From: an uncultured Gammaproteobacteria bacterium
GTDB lineage: Bacteria > Pseudomonadota > Gammaproteobacteria > CAMYKB01
DNA length: 64,000 nucleotides
Direction: 5' to 3'
Assembly (NCBI GenBank): GCA_947258875.1
Contig: CAMYKB010000003.1
Span: 12,358-76,357, forward strand
In this document: piece after piece, positions 1 to 10,246 of the stretch
Position numbering within the stretch: the first letter of the stretch is position 1
Layout: every line of letters starts with the position of its first letter
Translations under genes and position numbers: made by a program
The notes under the pieces: model-generated
Seen by the model: the letters and a program-made list of their open reading frames with translations, nothing else
What the model was told of the DNA's origin: nothing
Database searches by the model: none

Positions 1-371
1 AGCGCATCGACACGGCGAAACAAGGCCTTGATGCGCGCCAGTAGTTCGGGGATGCTGAATGGCTTGGTCAGGTAATCATCTGCGCCAACTTCCAGGCCGA
101 GCACGCGGTCAAGTTCGGTGGACTTGGCGGTAAGCATGAGGATAGGCACGTAGCCGGGCAGGGCTCGCAGTGCCTTGCATACGCTGAGGCCGTCCATCAC
201 CGGCAACATCAGGTCGAGTATCACCAGATCGAACTGGCCCTTGTGAAATAACTCCAGGCCTTCCTTGCCATCGCCGGCGATGACCGATTCACACTGGAGG
301 TCGCGCAGGTGCATTTGCACCAGGCGCGCAATGTCGGGTGTGTCTTCGATGATGAGGACGCTGTGAGTCAT
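1..371 (-). CDS. Response regulator receiver domain protein (N-terminal part; gene runs off window start)
   Basis: Reverse translation from ATG at 371 gives MTHSVLIIEDTPDIARLVQMHLRDL...DLVILDLMLPVMDGLSVCKALRA...ILMLTAKSTELDRVLGLEVGADDYLTKPF. This is a classic CheY-like receiver with phospho-acceptor Asp and an OmpR-type linker. Not in ORF track because it is truncated by the window edge. Confidence 0.8.
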   Translation of the reverse strand, partial: MTHSVLIIEDTPDIARLVQMHLRDLQCESVIAGDGKEGLELFHKGQFDLVILDLMLPVMDGLSVCKALRALPGYVPILMLTAKSTELDRVLGLEVGADDYLTKPFSIPELLARIKALFRRVDA

Positions 372-467
372 TCGTTTAGTTTAACCTGTGATGCGGCCAG
401 ACAGCGAAAAACACGTGCCGGGTATATGGCCCGGCACGTTTGTGGGGTACAGCTATGCATCAATACA

Positions 468-1175
468 CTATTGCACAGTGACGACAACCCGCGCCACCGG
501 GTTCAACCAGCGATGAATACTGCTGTCGAGGTCACTGACACCACCACTGGGGTCGCTATCACCCAGCGCGCCACGATGAATATGCACCGTCGCATTGCTG
601 TCTGCACCGGCCGCGCCACTGCCGCCTGTGCCGCCATCACCACCCGGTGCTGCAGGGATACCCGGTGTGCCTGGGGCGCCGCCACCGTTGATGATCTCGT
701 CATTCGCCTCGGTGCCGGCATCATAGCCATTGAGGTAATAGGTGTAGACGCCTTTTCGTTTGGGGATACGCACGGCATCCAGCCCTATGAAGCCGTCATT
801 GGTCGGTAACATCATGGCGACGACCGACAAACGCCTTTTTTTCACATCATCTTCGTCTAGCATAGCGGTGGCACTTGCGCCGGGGGCCAACAGGCCGCCT
901 GCGGGATTTTCGATGGCGGTGCCTCCACTGGCAACTACGTCGTATGCCAGCCCGGAAATATCACCACCCTCTGCCATGGCCTGAAGATTGGCGGATGCAG
1001 CGGTGCCTACTTCAAACAGGTCAGTGTGAGCGCGGTGGGCTGCAATCAACAAGGGAGTGAAGTAAAGGCCGTTGGTCAAATTGGTCACCTCGACGCTGAC
1101 ATCCTTGTCGGCAAACGCAGGTGCTGCTGAAATCAGCAGGGCAGCCGCCGCAATTGCGGAACGTGTTTTTTTCAT
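468..1175 (-). CDS. Secreted spondin_N-like domain protein (Gly-rich C-terminus)
   Basis: 235 aa ORF with N-terminal signal peptide (MKKTRSAIAAAALLISAAPAFA). Motif VEVTNLTNGLYFTPLLIAAH resembles bacterial spondin_N domains. Gly/Pro-rich tail. Confidence 0.55.
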   Translation of the reverse strand: MKKTRSAIAAAALLISAAPAFADKDVSVEVTNLTNGLYFTPLLIAAHRAHTDLFEVGTAASANLQAMAEGGDISGLAYDVVASGGTAIENPAGGLLAPGASATAMLDEDDVKKRRLSVVAMMLPTNDGFIGLDAVRIPKRKGVYTYYLNGYDAGTEANDEIINGGGAPGTPGIPAAPGGDGGTGGSGAAGADSNATVHIHRGALGDSDPSGGVSDLDSSIHRWLNPVARVVVTVQ

Positions 1176-1450
1176 TGCTTGATCCTCTTGGTAGTTAGCT
1201 TTATCAGGAATTGCACCGTTGCTATTAGAGCCACAAGAGGTTGCGGCAGCATCACGAAATTATCACGATTTCATAACATTCAGGATTAATGCCCCCTATA
1301 AATGCGCCATGTCGCGGGTAACGCATAAACGCCTACTAAGACGTAGGTGTGAGCCAAAGCCAGGAGCGATTGCCGAAGAATGACGTTAACTCCAATAAAA
1401 AATGCCGCCTGCCTGTCAGGGAAAACAGGCAGACGGCAGGGTGCGGCGAA

Positions 1451-2965
1451 TTATTCGCCAGGAAGCAGGGTGACTATGGTTTGTGCGTTGAAGTCCGGCG
1501 TGGCCATGCCGAAGGGCGTGACATGGCCGCGAACACCCGCGCGCCCCTCAACCATGAGTTCATCCAACGTCAGTGCACCGCTGTCGATCTCATAGTTCAT
1601 CGGATCGGCATCGTTTGCTGTATCAACGCCGGTGCCGGTGAAGTCATAGATCTCCGGGTTACGACCGTTAATTGCATGCAGATTCATGGTCAGGTAGTTG
1701 CCCGTGTCCGGCAGCTTGACCACCGTGCCGCGCAGGTTGGAGAGCAGCATGCGAAGGTAGCCGTTTGCAGCACTAAACTGCAGATCACTCAATTCATCGT
1801 TCGTGAGGGTACCAAACACGGTCACTCGCTGCCCGACGGAAACATCATCGATGCCTGCGAGTTCGCTGGCCAATTGTTTGGTTACCGTGGTGCTGTCATC
1901 AAGGCTGACAGTGACTGTGTCGTTGAATACCACAGTGCCATCGGTGCGCGTCAGGGTTGCGCCTTTAACAATAATATCATCACCACTGCGAGCGATTACA
2001 CTGCCCTTGACTACATCAAGATCGCCGCCGGGCACACTGCTACCGGCATAGACTTCGCGGGCTACAAAGCGTAGCGGATTCAGACGCAGCTTGCCGATTG
2101 CAACCGTGGCCGTGAACTGAGGCATGGTTGCCAGAACTTCAAGGCCAGCGGCACCTTCGTACATTACGCCATCGATTTCATAAACAGTAGTATCGTTGGT
2201 GTGAATTTTGAACTCACCAAAACGATGTTCTCTGTCAGCGATGCGATGATGGAACGGACGGATATAGACTTGGTAATAGCTATCTGCAACATTTACTTCT
2301 TTTAATGGCCCACGCAGGCGATGTTGCTTGTTAGGAGATTCGCGGTCGACTTCGGCAATCAACACAGCATCTACGGTAACCACCGGTTCACCATTGCTGA
2401 AGTCAACGTTGTTGGATGCTTCCAGATCGAAATCAAGGTTCAGCATGCTGGGTATCCCTGGTGCGATCGGTAGTTGATTGATACCGTCGAGTTGTACGCT
2501 CATGTTCATCGTGGTCACCGGATTACCGGCAGTGTCGAGAATGCTGTTGACCTTTATGCCAACACCATTGGCATCTTCTACCCAAATATCTGCGTTGCTG
2601 TAATCCAGTGTTACTGTGCCCTGAACGTAACGTCCAGCGGGTACAGTCGCGGCAGTCAGAAATTCAGTGAGATCGGTGTACTGGCTAAAATCCACGCGTG
2701 TCGTCAACGGCAGTGTGTCGACCACATTGCCGTCGGCACGAGTCAAAGAGATGGCGACAACATCGACAGTATAATTCACGAAATCGCCTTCGGCGTCAGT
2801 CAGGCCGATAAAGACTTCACCTGTGTCTTCTGTTATCCCAGTGGATCCACCGCAAGCGCTAAGCATTGCCATGCTGGTGAACAATACGAATGCCAGCAGC
2901 CAGCCACTGATAGTGTGTTGTGGCTGCCGAGAGTGGCTGGCGGACGGATAATATGTTGTCTGCAT
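1451..2965 (-). CDS. Lipoprotein, DUF4382-like (start at internal Met MQTTYY)
   Basis: Lipobox LSACGG after a hydrophobic segment. GGGAGA RBS 8 nt upstream of the ATG at 2965. Longer ORF extension to 3067 lacks an RBS. Confidence 0.6.
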   Translation of the reverse strand: MQTTYYPSASHSRQPQHTISGWLLAFVLFTSMAMLSACGGSTGITEDTGEVFIGLTDAEGDFVNYTVDVVAISLTRADGNVVDTLPLTTRVDFSQYTDLTEFLTAATVPAGRYVQGTVTLDYSNADIWVEDANGVGIKVNSILDTAGNPVTTMNMSVQLDGINQLPIAPGIPSMLNLDFDLEASNNVDFSNGEPVVTVDAVLIAEVDRESPNKQHRLRGPLKEVNVADSYYQVYIRPFHHRIADREHRFGEFKIHTNDTTVYEIDGVMYEGAAGLEVLATMPQFTATVAIGKLRLNPLRFVAREVYAGSSVPGGDLDVVKGSVIARSGDDIIVKGATLTRTDGTVVFNDTVTVSLDDSTTVTKQLASELAGIDDVSVGQRVTVFGTLTNDELSDLQFSAANGYLRMLLSNLRGTVVKLPDTGNYLTMNLHAINGRNPEIYDFTGTGVDTANDADPMNYEIDSGALTLDELMVEGRAGVRGHVTPFGMATPDFNAQTIVTLLPGE

Positions 2966-3422
2966 GATTAATTTCTCCCAAAAAAATACTACGGATGCCG
3001 ACACTGCAAACAGTTCGCTGTGCGGGCGTTTATTCCTGAAACGCAGCAACAGGAATTTGGTTGACACGAGGTTTCCTGCGTACGATGAGCTGAGTGGCGC
3101 TGCGTTATTGCGATGCGGGTTATGCGGGCGGTTTAGATGAAATTACCAAATGTAAACAAATGTAGTATCAATAGCTTAGGGCTGGTCATTCGGTGTGCGT
3201 ACAGGATAATGAATCCCCGAGCTCCTGGAGCCGTCCTCGAGAGTGCACACAGTCGAATACGGCTATTTCTGGCTAAAGGGGTTCGAAAGGTCGATAGCTG
3301 GGGGTGTCTATGGGCGCCCCCCGCTTTTAGTGTAGCCCGGTAACTGGTATAACACTCTTAACACTTCTGACACTCATGCCGGCGAAGGGCTATGCCGGTG
3401 CATAGAAAATGAGGTCTGCATA

Positions 3423-4469
3423 ATGAACGTGCTTCATCGCCAACAGTTCATCGCATTATTGTTGTGCCTGATCATTTCGGCACTTGTCTTTGCTGGTTCC
3501 GCGCGTGCTGGACATGACGGCGCCGCCTATCATGAGTTCTCAGCTGATGCCCGGCAACAGGGCCGCGAAGCGCATCTTGCTTTTGCCTGGACTTACGGTT
3601 TCTATGAAGAGCCTAAGGTTCTGAATTACTTGCGTTCAGTCGGGGCGCGTGTCACTGAGCGCCTGCCTTACCGCATCAGGTTTTATATCCTCGATACAGA
3701 TGATGTCAATGCCTATGCAGCCCCTGGCGGCTGTATTTATGTCACGCGGGGCATGTTGGTACATTTAAATTCTGAGGCTGAGTTGGCAGCGGTGCTGGGT
3801 CATGAACTGGCGCATGTCATGGGTGATATCGGTGGGCTTGATGAGGTGTCCAGGAATACCTTGCGTGCAATGCTCGATGACGGTGCTGAGTTAAATCTTA
3901 GTAATACGGGCGACACTCAGGCACAACCCGATATGTTGCATACTAGGATGCGCAGATACGAGTTGGAGGCGGACCGGATATCGTTCGAGTTGCTGGTGCT
4001 GAGAGGCTATAACGCGCGTGCTCTGATCGATGTAATTCGCATGTTTGACGATTATGACCGCATGGTTAATGACATTCCTAAATCACATGCGCCACACCAT
4101 CAGGGGCTGGTGCACCTGTCCAACATTCATCCCGATAATCAGCGGCGCATTATGATGCTGCAGGAGGCTGTGTCTCGTTTCGATGCACAACATGCTGAAG
4201 ATGGCCGCGGCCGTTATCTGGCAATGATTGAGAATATCCGCTTTGGTAATCAGCCCAATTTAAAGGCAACGGATTCCGCATCGGATTTTCTGCAGAGGCA
4301 TGAAGTACGCAAGTTAAAACTGCTGCGTGTAGAAGGTGGTGCGCGTTATGCCGATCTGGCTGCTGACAGTAGTCTGGGGGATTCTGCCGAAGCCGTGTTG
4401 CGCACCCTGAATCGCGCTTATCCTGTGGGAGAACCTATATCAGGCGAATTTATCAAAATAATCGAATAG
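3423..4469 (+). CDS. M48 family zinc metallopeptidase (secreted)
   Basis: HEXXH motif LGHELAHVMGD. Signal peptide present. Conserved C-terminal tail LRTLNRAYPVGEP shared with the downstream paralog. Confidence 0.8.
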   Translation: MNVLHRQQFIALLLCLIISALVFAGSARAGHDGAAYHEFSADARQQGREAHLAFAWTYGFYEEPKVLNYLRSVGARVTERLPYRIRFYILDTDDVNAYAAPGGCIYVTRGMLVHLNSEAELAAVLGHELAHVMGDIGGLDEVSRNTLRAMLDDGAELNLSNTGDTQAQPDMLHTRMRRYELEADRISFELLVLRGYNARALIDVIRMFDDYDRMVNDIPKSHAPHHQGLVHLSNIHPDNQRRIMMLQEAVSRFDAQHAEDGRGRYLAMIENIRFGNQPNLKATDSASDFLQRHEVRKLKLLRVEGGARYADLAADSSLGDSAEAVLRTLNRAYPVGEPISGEFIKIIE

Positions 4470-4877
4470 CCTGAGATCACAGAAATTCAAGCCGCTAGGG
4501 TTGTTTGTTGATGATATTGTGAACTACTGCAAATTTTTCTGTTTTAGCGTCCCTAAACCTTGCCATAGACCATCAAAAGTACATACTGATATTCGAAGCC
4601 TCCCGGACAATAAGTTGTGTTGGTGGGTTTGAAACGTCGACCGCGGATACCTACCGGTATTCGCGGTTTTTGTTGGCCGGGTTGCGGGGTTATTGTTCAC
4701 TGGGTTGGTGTACCCCACTACCGGAATATCAACATATTCTGAAATGCTGTGGTGTCATCAGGATGACTCACCACTTGTACCGTTAATTGATCCGCTGATC
4801 CGCTGCCAGGGTACTTGGGTAGTGGAATACGGTAGATTGAAGGTTCTCAAAAACATTCTGTTTGGGGAGTATCTGCG

Positions 4878-5924
4878 ATGCGTTGGTTTATAGCTTGCAC
4901 TTGTTTGCTACTGACCGCCTGTGCCACAAGCAATAATGCATTGCAGCCCACTTCACTGGCACCCACCCGTGCTTATGATGCGGCCGATCAGCATCGCAAT
5001 GCTGAGGCCAACGAGCGCTTCAACGAGCTATTCGGCTTCTATGAAAACAAAGCGTTGCATCATTATGTGCGCGCAGTAGGTTCGCGAGTCAGCGCGCACC
5101 TGCCCTACGATTTCAAATTTATTATTCTCGATACGGATTACGTTAATGCCTTTTCGGTGTCGGGTGGAGATATCTATATTACACGCGGCATGTTGGCGCA
5201 TCTCGCTACCGAAGCCGAACTCGCAGCCGTGTTGGCGCATGAGGTTGCTCATGTTGTAACGCAGCACAGTGTGCGGAACCATCAAACTATTCCCGCCACA
5301 CCTAAATTTACCAAGTTTTTCGCGAACTGGTCCGGTACGCAAAAATTTGAGGACGGTGTCAGACAAGGACGGACTTCCGGGGCGGTGCGCGGCGCAGCTC
5401 AGCAAGACGAATTAATGGCCGATCGCCTGGCCATCGATTACCTGAAAAAGAGTGGTTACCAGACTTCCGCCGTGCTGGGTATGTTGCGCCTGATCGAAAG
5501 TGTGCAGCAGCTTGAAAAAGAGCTGGCGACTTATGTTGAAAGCCCAAAATTTAACGGTCAGATGCTTACTGGCCATCCCGCTATCGGGCAACGTTATGCT
5601 GAAGTGGCCAAGTGGACCGAAACCGCGGATGTTGTGCAGAATCAGCGAGATCGTAAGCGTTACCTGGACATCATTGAAGGTATGGAATATGGCAACGATA
5701 TTCAAGATCCGCGCATGTATGCCTTGGGAACCAATGACATGCAACAGCAGCAGTCACAGCAGTTGCGCATCCAAGTGGTTGCAGCGGGTGATGGCGAAAC
5801 ATACGCCGAGCTATCCAGGTATTGCCGCCTGCAAAACAATGCCGAAGCCATAGTACGTACCCTGAATAGGGCCTACCCTGAGGGTGAGCCACAGCCGGGC
5901 CAGCTCGTCAAGATCGTCAAGTAA
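4878..5924 (+). CDS. M48 family zinc metallopeptidase, lipoprotein (tandem paralog of 3423..4469)
   Basis: Lipobox LLTACATS. HEXXH motif LAHEVAHVVTQH. Same length (348 aa) and shared C-terminal motif VRTLNRAYPEGEP. Confidence 0.8.
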   Translation: MRWFIACTCLLLTACATSNNALQPTSLAPTRAYDAADQHRNAEANERFNELFGFYENKALHHYVRAVGSRVSAHLPYDFKFIILDTDYVNAFSVSGGDIYITRGMLAHLATEAELAAVLAHEVAHVVTQHSVRNHQTIPATPKFTKFFANWSGTQKFEDGVRQGRTSGAVRGAAQQDELMADRLAIDYLKKSGYQTSAVLGMLRLIESVQQLEKELATYVESPKFNGQMLTGHPAIGQRYAEVAKWTETADVVQNQRDRKRYLDIIEGMEYGNDIQDPRMYALGTNDMQQQQSQQLRIQVVAAGDGETYAELSRYCRLQNNAEAIVRTLNRAYPEGEPQPGQLVKIVK

Positions 5925-6176
5925 AAAAATCACTTACAGGCAAAAATCGATTTGATCGTGGCGGCCAGCTCTTCGCTAGCTGGTATGTCGCGTTTCTCAA
6001 AATTCCTGTGCATCCACCACATATATGTCCAGCGGACTTCATCGCTGCGCCTGTGTCCGGTGGTAGGCATACCATGCCGTCATTGCAGGGCATCATATAG
6101 GCGTCGATAAATCCCTCAATTTAGTACGCGTTGTATTGAAGAGTGTCCCTGAGTGTTTGTTAAGGGTTGTTGTGTC

Positions 6177-6809
6177 TCAGTTGGTGTGCATTGTTGACAG
6201 TTTTTCATGTAAATGGATGGGTTGCTCGGAGAGGGTATAGATGTTTCTGTCGGTGAGACTGGTGTTCACATCCAGTGAGCCCTGGTGTATCACCAGTTCA
6301 CGTTCGCGAAGATCCAGTAATTCGATTATTTCGTGTTGGTAGAGGCACAGCATGCAGGTTAGCCAGTGGCCGAGTACTTCATGTTCTGCATCGATATCGA
6401 GTGATTTCATTATCGCGGGCCATTGAGATGATATCAGCCATGGTCCGCCGGCAACCCATTGATTTACGGTAAACCAGCACAGGGGCTGCCCCGCCTTGCC
6501 CATTGAGAGCCCGGCAACATGTGCCCAGCCATCGGGATGCGAGTCATTGACATTCAATTGCGCAAAAATATGAAAATGACCGTGCTCGTCATGAGTGTGA
6601 TCGGGTGTGTGATGGTGATGGTAATACGTGCGCCAGCGATTATGTCCAAAATAGAGGTCGTCGTATGGGCGGGTCTCATCCTGATTGATGATCTTGCAGT
6701 TATGTAGGTATTCCAGAAATAACTGATGGTCGTGTGTGGACATGCCATGCATGCACTCTCGCAGATAGTGCGAGGCTTTCTTTGGCGTAATAAACTCGTT
6801 AGGCGACAT
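6177..6809 (-). CDS. Hypothetical His-rich protein
   Basis: 210 aa ORF with HHHHTPDHTHDEHGHFH cluster. No recognisable family from sequence alone. Confidence 0.45.
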   Translation of the reverse strand: MSPNEFITPKKASHYLRECMHGMSTHDHQLFLEYLHNCKIINQDETRPYDDLYFGHNRWRTYYHHHHTPDHTHDEHGHFHIFAQLNVNDSHPDGWAHVAGLSMGKAGQPLCWFTVNQWVAGGPWLISSQWPAIMKSLDIDAEHEVLGHWLTCMLCLYQHEIIELLDLRERELVIHQGSLDVNTSLTDRNIYTLSEQPIHLHEKLSTMHTN

Positions 6810-7021
6810 TGCATTTTCCTGGGCTGTTGTCGTTTAACAAGCTTGTTTTGTTGGCATCATAGCTACCTGCAGGCTGGGAGATCGTTGCGAATTGCGCAAT
6901 GGAGATGCCAGTCTGGATTCGCAGGGCATATACATGGGCTGTGATGATTTCCACGAGCATCCCTAGGTTGTGCCTGGCTGTCAGTATAGGGTTGATGTTG
7001 AAAGTTCCATGAAAGTGCTAT

Positions 7022-7210
7022 TTACCGGGTCTTGCAAGTCTTGATGCCTAGCAGGGTATACAGTGGGCACCAGCCGGCAAATGCCGTTACCAGTGGTACG
7101 ATACCGATCCAGCCCCATACGATTTGTGGTCCTGTCAGGGCTATAGTGATTAGTCCCAGACCTACCACGATGCGCAGTATGCGATCCAGACTGCCTACAT
7201 TTCTGGTCAT
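7022..7210 (-). CDS. DUF2892 (YgaP-like) small inner-membrane protein
   Basis: 62 aa with two TM helices. Motif ILRIVVGLGLI...GWCPLYTLLGIKTC is typical of DUF2892. Confidence 0.6.
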   Translation of the reverse strand: MTRNVGSLDRILRIVVGLGLITIALTGPQIVWGWIGIVPLVTAFAGWCPLYTLLGIKTCKTR

Positions 7211-7307
7211 TCTGACGATCTCACAAGTTTTATCTTGATTGGCAGAAATAATGGGCCGTCGGGCGTTAGTACGCAGTGATCTGGATCAATTATCTCGTTG
7301 GTGGGGG

Positions 7308-8267
7308 TTAGTACTCAAACGTATCCTGTTGTTTTTTCAGTTTTTTAACCTGGTTCTCGATTGCCGGGATATAGCGCAAATACTCCACCAGGGCATCGAT
7401 ATCGTCGTCAGTGAGATGTTGTAGGCTGTTGTCGACGACCTCTGCCATGAGGCTACCGGTGAAATCACCATCGGGTGTCATGCCCTGTTTAAGGAAGCTA
7501 TGCAAGTCGTCAGCTGACCAGTTGCCGATGCCTGTTTTTTTGTGTGGGGTGATATTAGGAATGGTTTCTCCATCGGGCCCGTTTCTGGTGCCCGCATAAA
7601 ACATCTTTGCATTCAGTGCGCCGCGTGCATTACGTGGCGTATGACATTCCCCGCAATGTGCGATGGCGTTGGCAAGATACGCGCCTCGGTTCCAGATTTC
7701 ATTCTGGTCAGGGGCCGCTTGAAACTCGCCGGGCTTGAAGTACAGCTTCTGCCATGCCCAGTTGACCAGGCGTAAGCGCAGATACCATGGCAGCACGTGC
7801 GCCTTGTTGGCTTGATTAACAGATGGCAGGCCTTGCAGGTAGGTGAATATGACGGCCATATCCTGTGTTTGCATCTGGTGATACGAAGTATAGGGAAACA
7901 CCGGATAGTAGTAACGGCCCTTGGGGTCTATCCCGTAGCGCAGGGCGCGGATAAAATCACGCAGTTCCCAGTTGCCTATGCCGGTTTCTGTATCGGCCGT
8001 AATGTTAGGCGAATAAAACACGCCCAGATCAGTTTCAATGCGTCGCCCACCGGCGAGTGGAAGGCCGTTATTGTCGTCGTCGGTATGACAACCCAGGCAG
8101 CCTGCGGCGTTGAATATATATTCGCCTTGGCCGATTAAGTCGTTGTGATCAAGTAACTCTGGAGATGCGATGGGCCGCAAGCGCGGCCAGATCAGCGCAT
8201 CAAAAGAAGCCCATGCAACAACGAGTAGCAGGGGCCATAAAATAACACGGCGTAGTTTACGCAACAT
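7308..8267 (-). CDS. Dihaem c-type cytochrome (alcohol/gluconate dehydrogenase cytochrome-subunit-like)
   Basis: Two CXXCH motifs (CLGCH, CGECH), each followed by GIGNW segments. N-terminal TM/signal anchor. Confidence 0.75.
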   Translation of the reverse strand: MLRKLRRVILWPLLLVVAWASFDALIWPRLRPIASPELLDHNDLIGQGEYIFNAAGCLGCHTDDDNNGLPLAGGRRIETDLGVFYSPNITADTETGIGNWELRDFIRALRYGIDPKGRYYYPVFPYTSYHQMQTQDMAVIFTYLQGLPSVNQANKAHVLPWYLRLRLVNWAWQKLYFKPGEFQAAPDQNEIWNRGAYLANAIAHCGECHTPRNARGALNAKMFYAGTRNGPDGETIPNITPHKKTGIGNWSADDLHSFLKQGMTPDGDFTGSLMAEVVDNSLQHLTDDDIDALVEYLRYIPAIENQVKKLKKQQDTFEY

Positions 8268-8322
8268 CAATAATTAAGGGGAGTAGGATCACTTGTGATC
8301 CACTCCCCGTAATACAATTTGA

Positions 8323-8787
8323 CTATTCTTGTTTTTCGCGAAAATCCTTGTGACAGCCTTTGCAGGATTTGCCCAGTGCCTGGAATTTGGCGCCTATTGC
8401 TTCCTTGTTTCCGGATCCTGCAGCTTGCGCAAATTCATTTGCGGCCTTTGCTGACGCATCAGCGGCTTTTTTGAAGTCGTCCCATTTCTCCCAGACTTCG
8501 GGCTTGGCGCGTGTCGGGGTATCACCAAAGTCGGAACCTTCAGGGAAAAGCGCGGTGATCTCTTTCGATAAGTTTGCAATCGCGTCAGCGTGCATTTGTA
8601 AATGGCCCTCGGGGTTGACCTTGCCTTGTGCGATCTGGGCGGCTGCGCCGGTATGTCCGCCGAGTGCCTTCATCATAGCCTGTCGATACTTGATGCTGTT
8701 CTCTGGGCTGTCTCCAGCATAAGCAGCGGTTGTGCAAAACGACACTGCAGGCAGTGTAAGAGAAATAATAAGACGACTGATGTTCAT
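8323..8787 (-). CDS. Cytochrome c' (class II cytochrome c)
   Basis: Signal peptide. Four-helix-bundle-like sequence with a single C-terminal CKGCH. GGAGAGGAGAAC RBS before the ATG at 8787. Confidence 0.7.
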   Translation of the reverse strand: MNISRLIISLTLPAVSFCTTAAYAGDSPENSIKYRQAMMKALGGHTGAAAQIAQGKVNPEGHLQMHADAIANLSKEITALFPEGSDFGDTPTRAKPEVWEKWDDFKKAADASAKAANEFAQAAGSGNKEAIGAKFQALGKSCKGCHKDFREKQE

Positions 8788-8857
8788 GGTGTTCTCCTCT
8801 CCTTGTAGCAGATATTTAGTTCTCACTTACGAAATAACCAGACTCACTGGTTGTCGG

Positions 8858-9358
8858 TTACATGCCAATCTTGATCAGTTCAACATCAAATATCAGTGTG
8901 GCATTCGGACCAATCAGCTTACCGGCGCCGCGTTCGCCGTAGGCAAGTTCTGGCGGGATAAACAGGCGATGTTTGCCGCCTTCCTGCATCAGTTGCAAGC
9001 CTTCAGTCCAGCCTTTGATAACGCGATTGAGTGGAAAGCTTGCGGGTTTGCCGCGGCTGTAAGAGCTGTCGAACTCAGTGCCGTCAATCAAAGTGCCGCG
9101 GTAATGCACGGTGACCGCGTCAGTCACCTGCGGTGAGGCGCCAGTTCCTGGTGTTAGTACCAAATATTGCAGGCCGCTCGCTGTGGTGACAACGCCCTGT
9201 GTTTTTGCATTCTCGGCGAGAAAAGCCGCGCCAGCATCCAGGGGCGCTGATTGACTCTGCATTACCTGGTCTTGTCCATTGTCCTGGGTGCCGCAAGCGG
9301 CCTGGGTGGTTAACATAAACAGTGCCAGCAAGCTGGAGGTTATCAGGGGCTTTTTCAT
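8858..9358 (-). CDS. FKBP-type peptidyl-prolyl cis-trans isomerase, lipoprotein
   Basis: Lipobox TTQAACG. FKBP core [43 protein letters not shown]...[10 protein letters not shown]. Confidence 0.85.
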   Translation of the reverse strand: MKKPLITSSLLALFMLTTQAACGTQDNGQDQVMQSQSAPLDAGAAFLAENAKTQGVVTTASGLQYLVLTPGTGASPQVTDAVTVHYRGTLIDGTEFDSSYSRGKPASFPLNRVIKGWTEGLQLMQEGGKHRLFIPPELAYGERGAGKLIGPNATLIFDVELIKIGM

Positions 9359-9527
9359 CGGATTCCTCGGTTATTGTTGTGTAGCCTTGGCTTCATCTGG
9401 TGCAGTGATGGCTAGGCCGGGATTATTGGTTAGTCGGATTGTATGAGAGAAGGTTCTACCGTTGCACGTGCGGTATGGCAAGGATGAAGATCACATACAC
9501 GGCCACGGGTGCAACCACAAATAAGGT

Positions 9528-10055
9528 TCAGCCTTGGCTCAGTCGCGTGGAAAGCTCGCGGGCGGCACGGTTCTGGTTGCGCGAACGTTCATCGCGCATG
9601 GCATCGACCAGCACCAGCAGTTCATATAGACCGCTATCATCCATGGCGGCGTCGGGCACGGATTTATACAGTGGCGAAAATGCGTAGCCCCGCACAGGGC
9701 CCCTAGGGTGCGGCCATACCGGTGGCAGGTCCTCGTTGGGTTTGTCGCCGCCGGCCAGCGGTGGCCCCGCATAACTGGTCGGTACGCCGAGAGTCAGTTC
9801 ACCGCGATCCGGTGGGAAGGCGAACTTGATGCCATGCACCAGGAACTCCTGCAGGGCCATGATGACGGGTCTGGGATGGGCGGCTTGTTCGCTGGATGCC
9901 GCCAACAGGCGGGCGCGGCGGCCGCGTTTGACCGCGGCATTAATCTCAGAGGCGCTCATATGCAGTTCAGCCGAGAGGCGCTGATATGACCAGGACTCCT
10001 GGCCCAAAGCCACGAGCTTGAGCGCCACCACGACATCCTGAGGCTTCAGAATCAT
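9528..10055 (-). CDS. Hypothetical protein, possible winged-helix regulator, divergent from the DUF4062 operon
   Basis: 175 aa. The N-terminal ~45 aa (VVVALKLVALGQESWSYQRLSAELHMSASEINAAVKR) look HTH-like. Shares a ~190 bp divergent intergenic region with the 10247 gene. Confidence 0.4.
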   Translation of the reverse strand: MILKPQDVVVALKLVALGQESWSYQRLSAELHMSASEINAAVKRGRRARLLAASSEQAAHPRPVIMALQEFLVHGIKFAFPPDRGELTLGVPTSYAGPPLAGGDKPNEDLPPVWPHPRGPVRGYAFSPLYKSVPDAAMDDSGLYELLVLVDAMRDERSRNQNRAARELSTRLSQG

Positions 10056-10246
10056 AGGCTTAGTCTATTCGCGATCAGCGAATTAAGCAAGGCATCGCTA
10101 AAATGAGCGCAAATAGTGAGGCCGGCGGTTGTTCAATAACCTTGGAGTTTAGGTAAAAGGGCTTCTATTATGCCTATACTTAAAAAAAAGAATCAATCAG
10201 GACCAGCAGTATCGGCGCCCAGTTGGTTACACATACAGGGAGCGGT

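Noticed and set aside
309-809. 166-aa + strand ORF
   Set aside because: Overlaps the response-regulator start and the spondin-like gene on the opposite strand. No RBS or homology.
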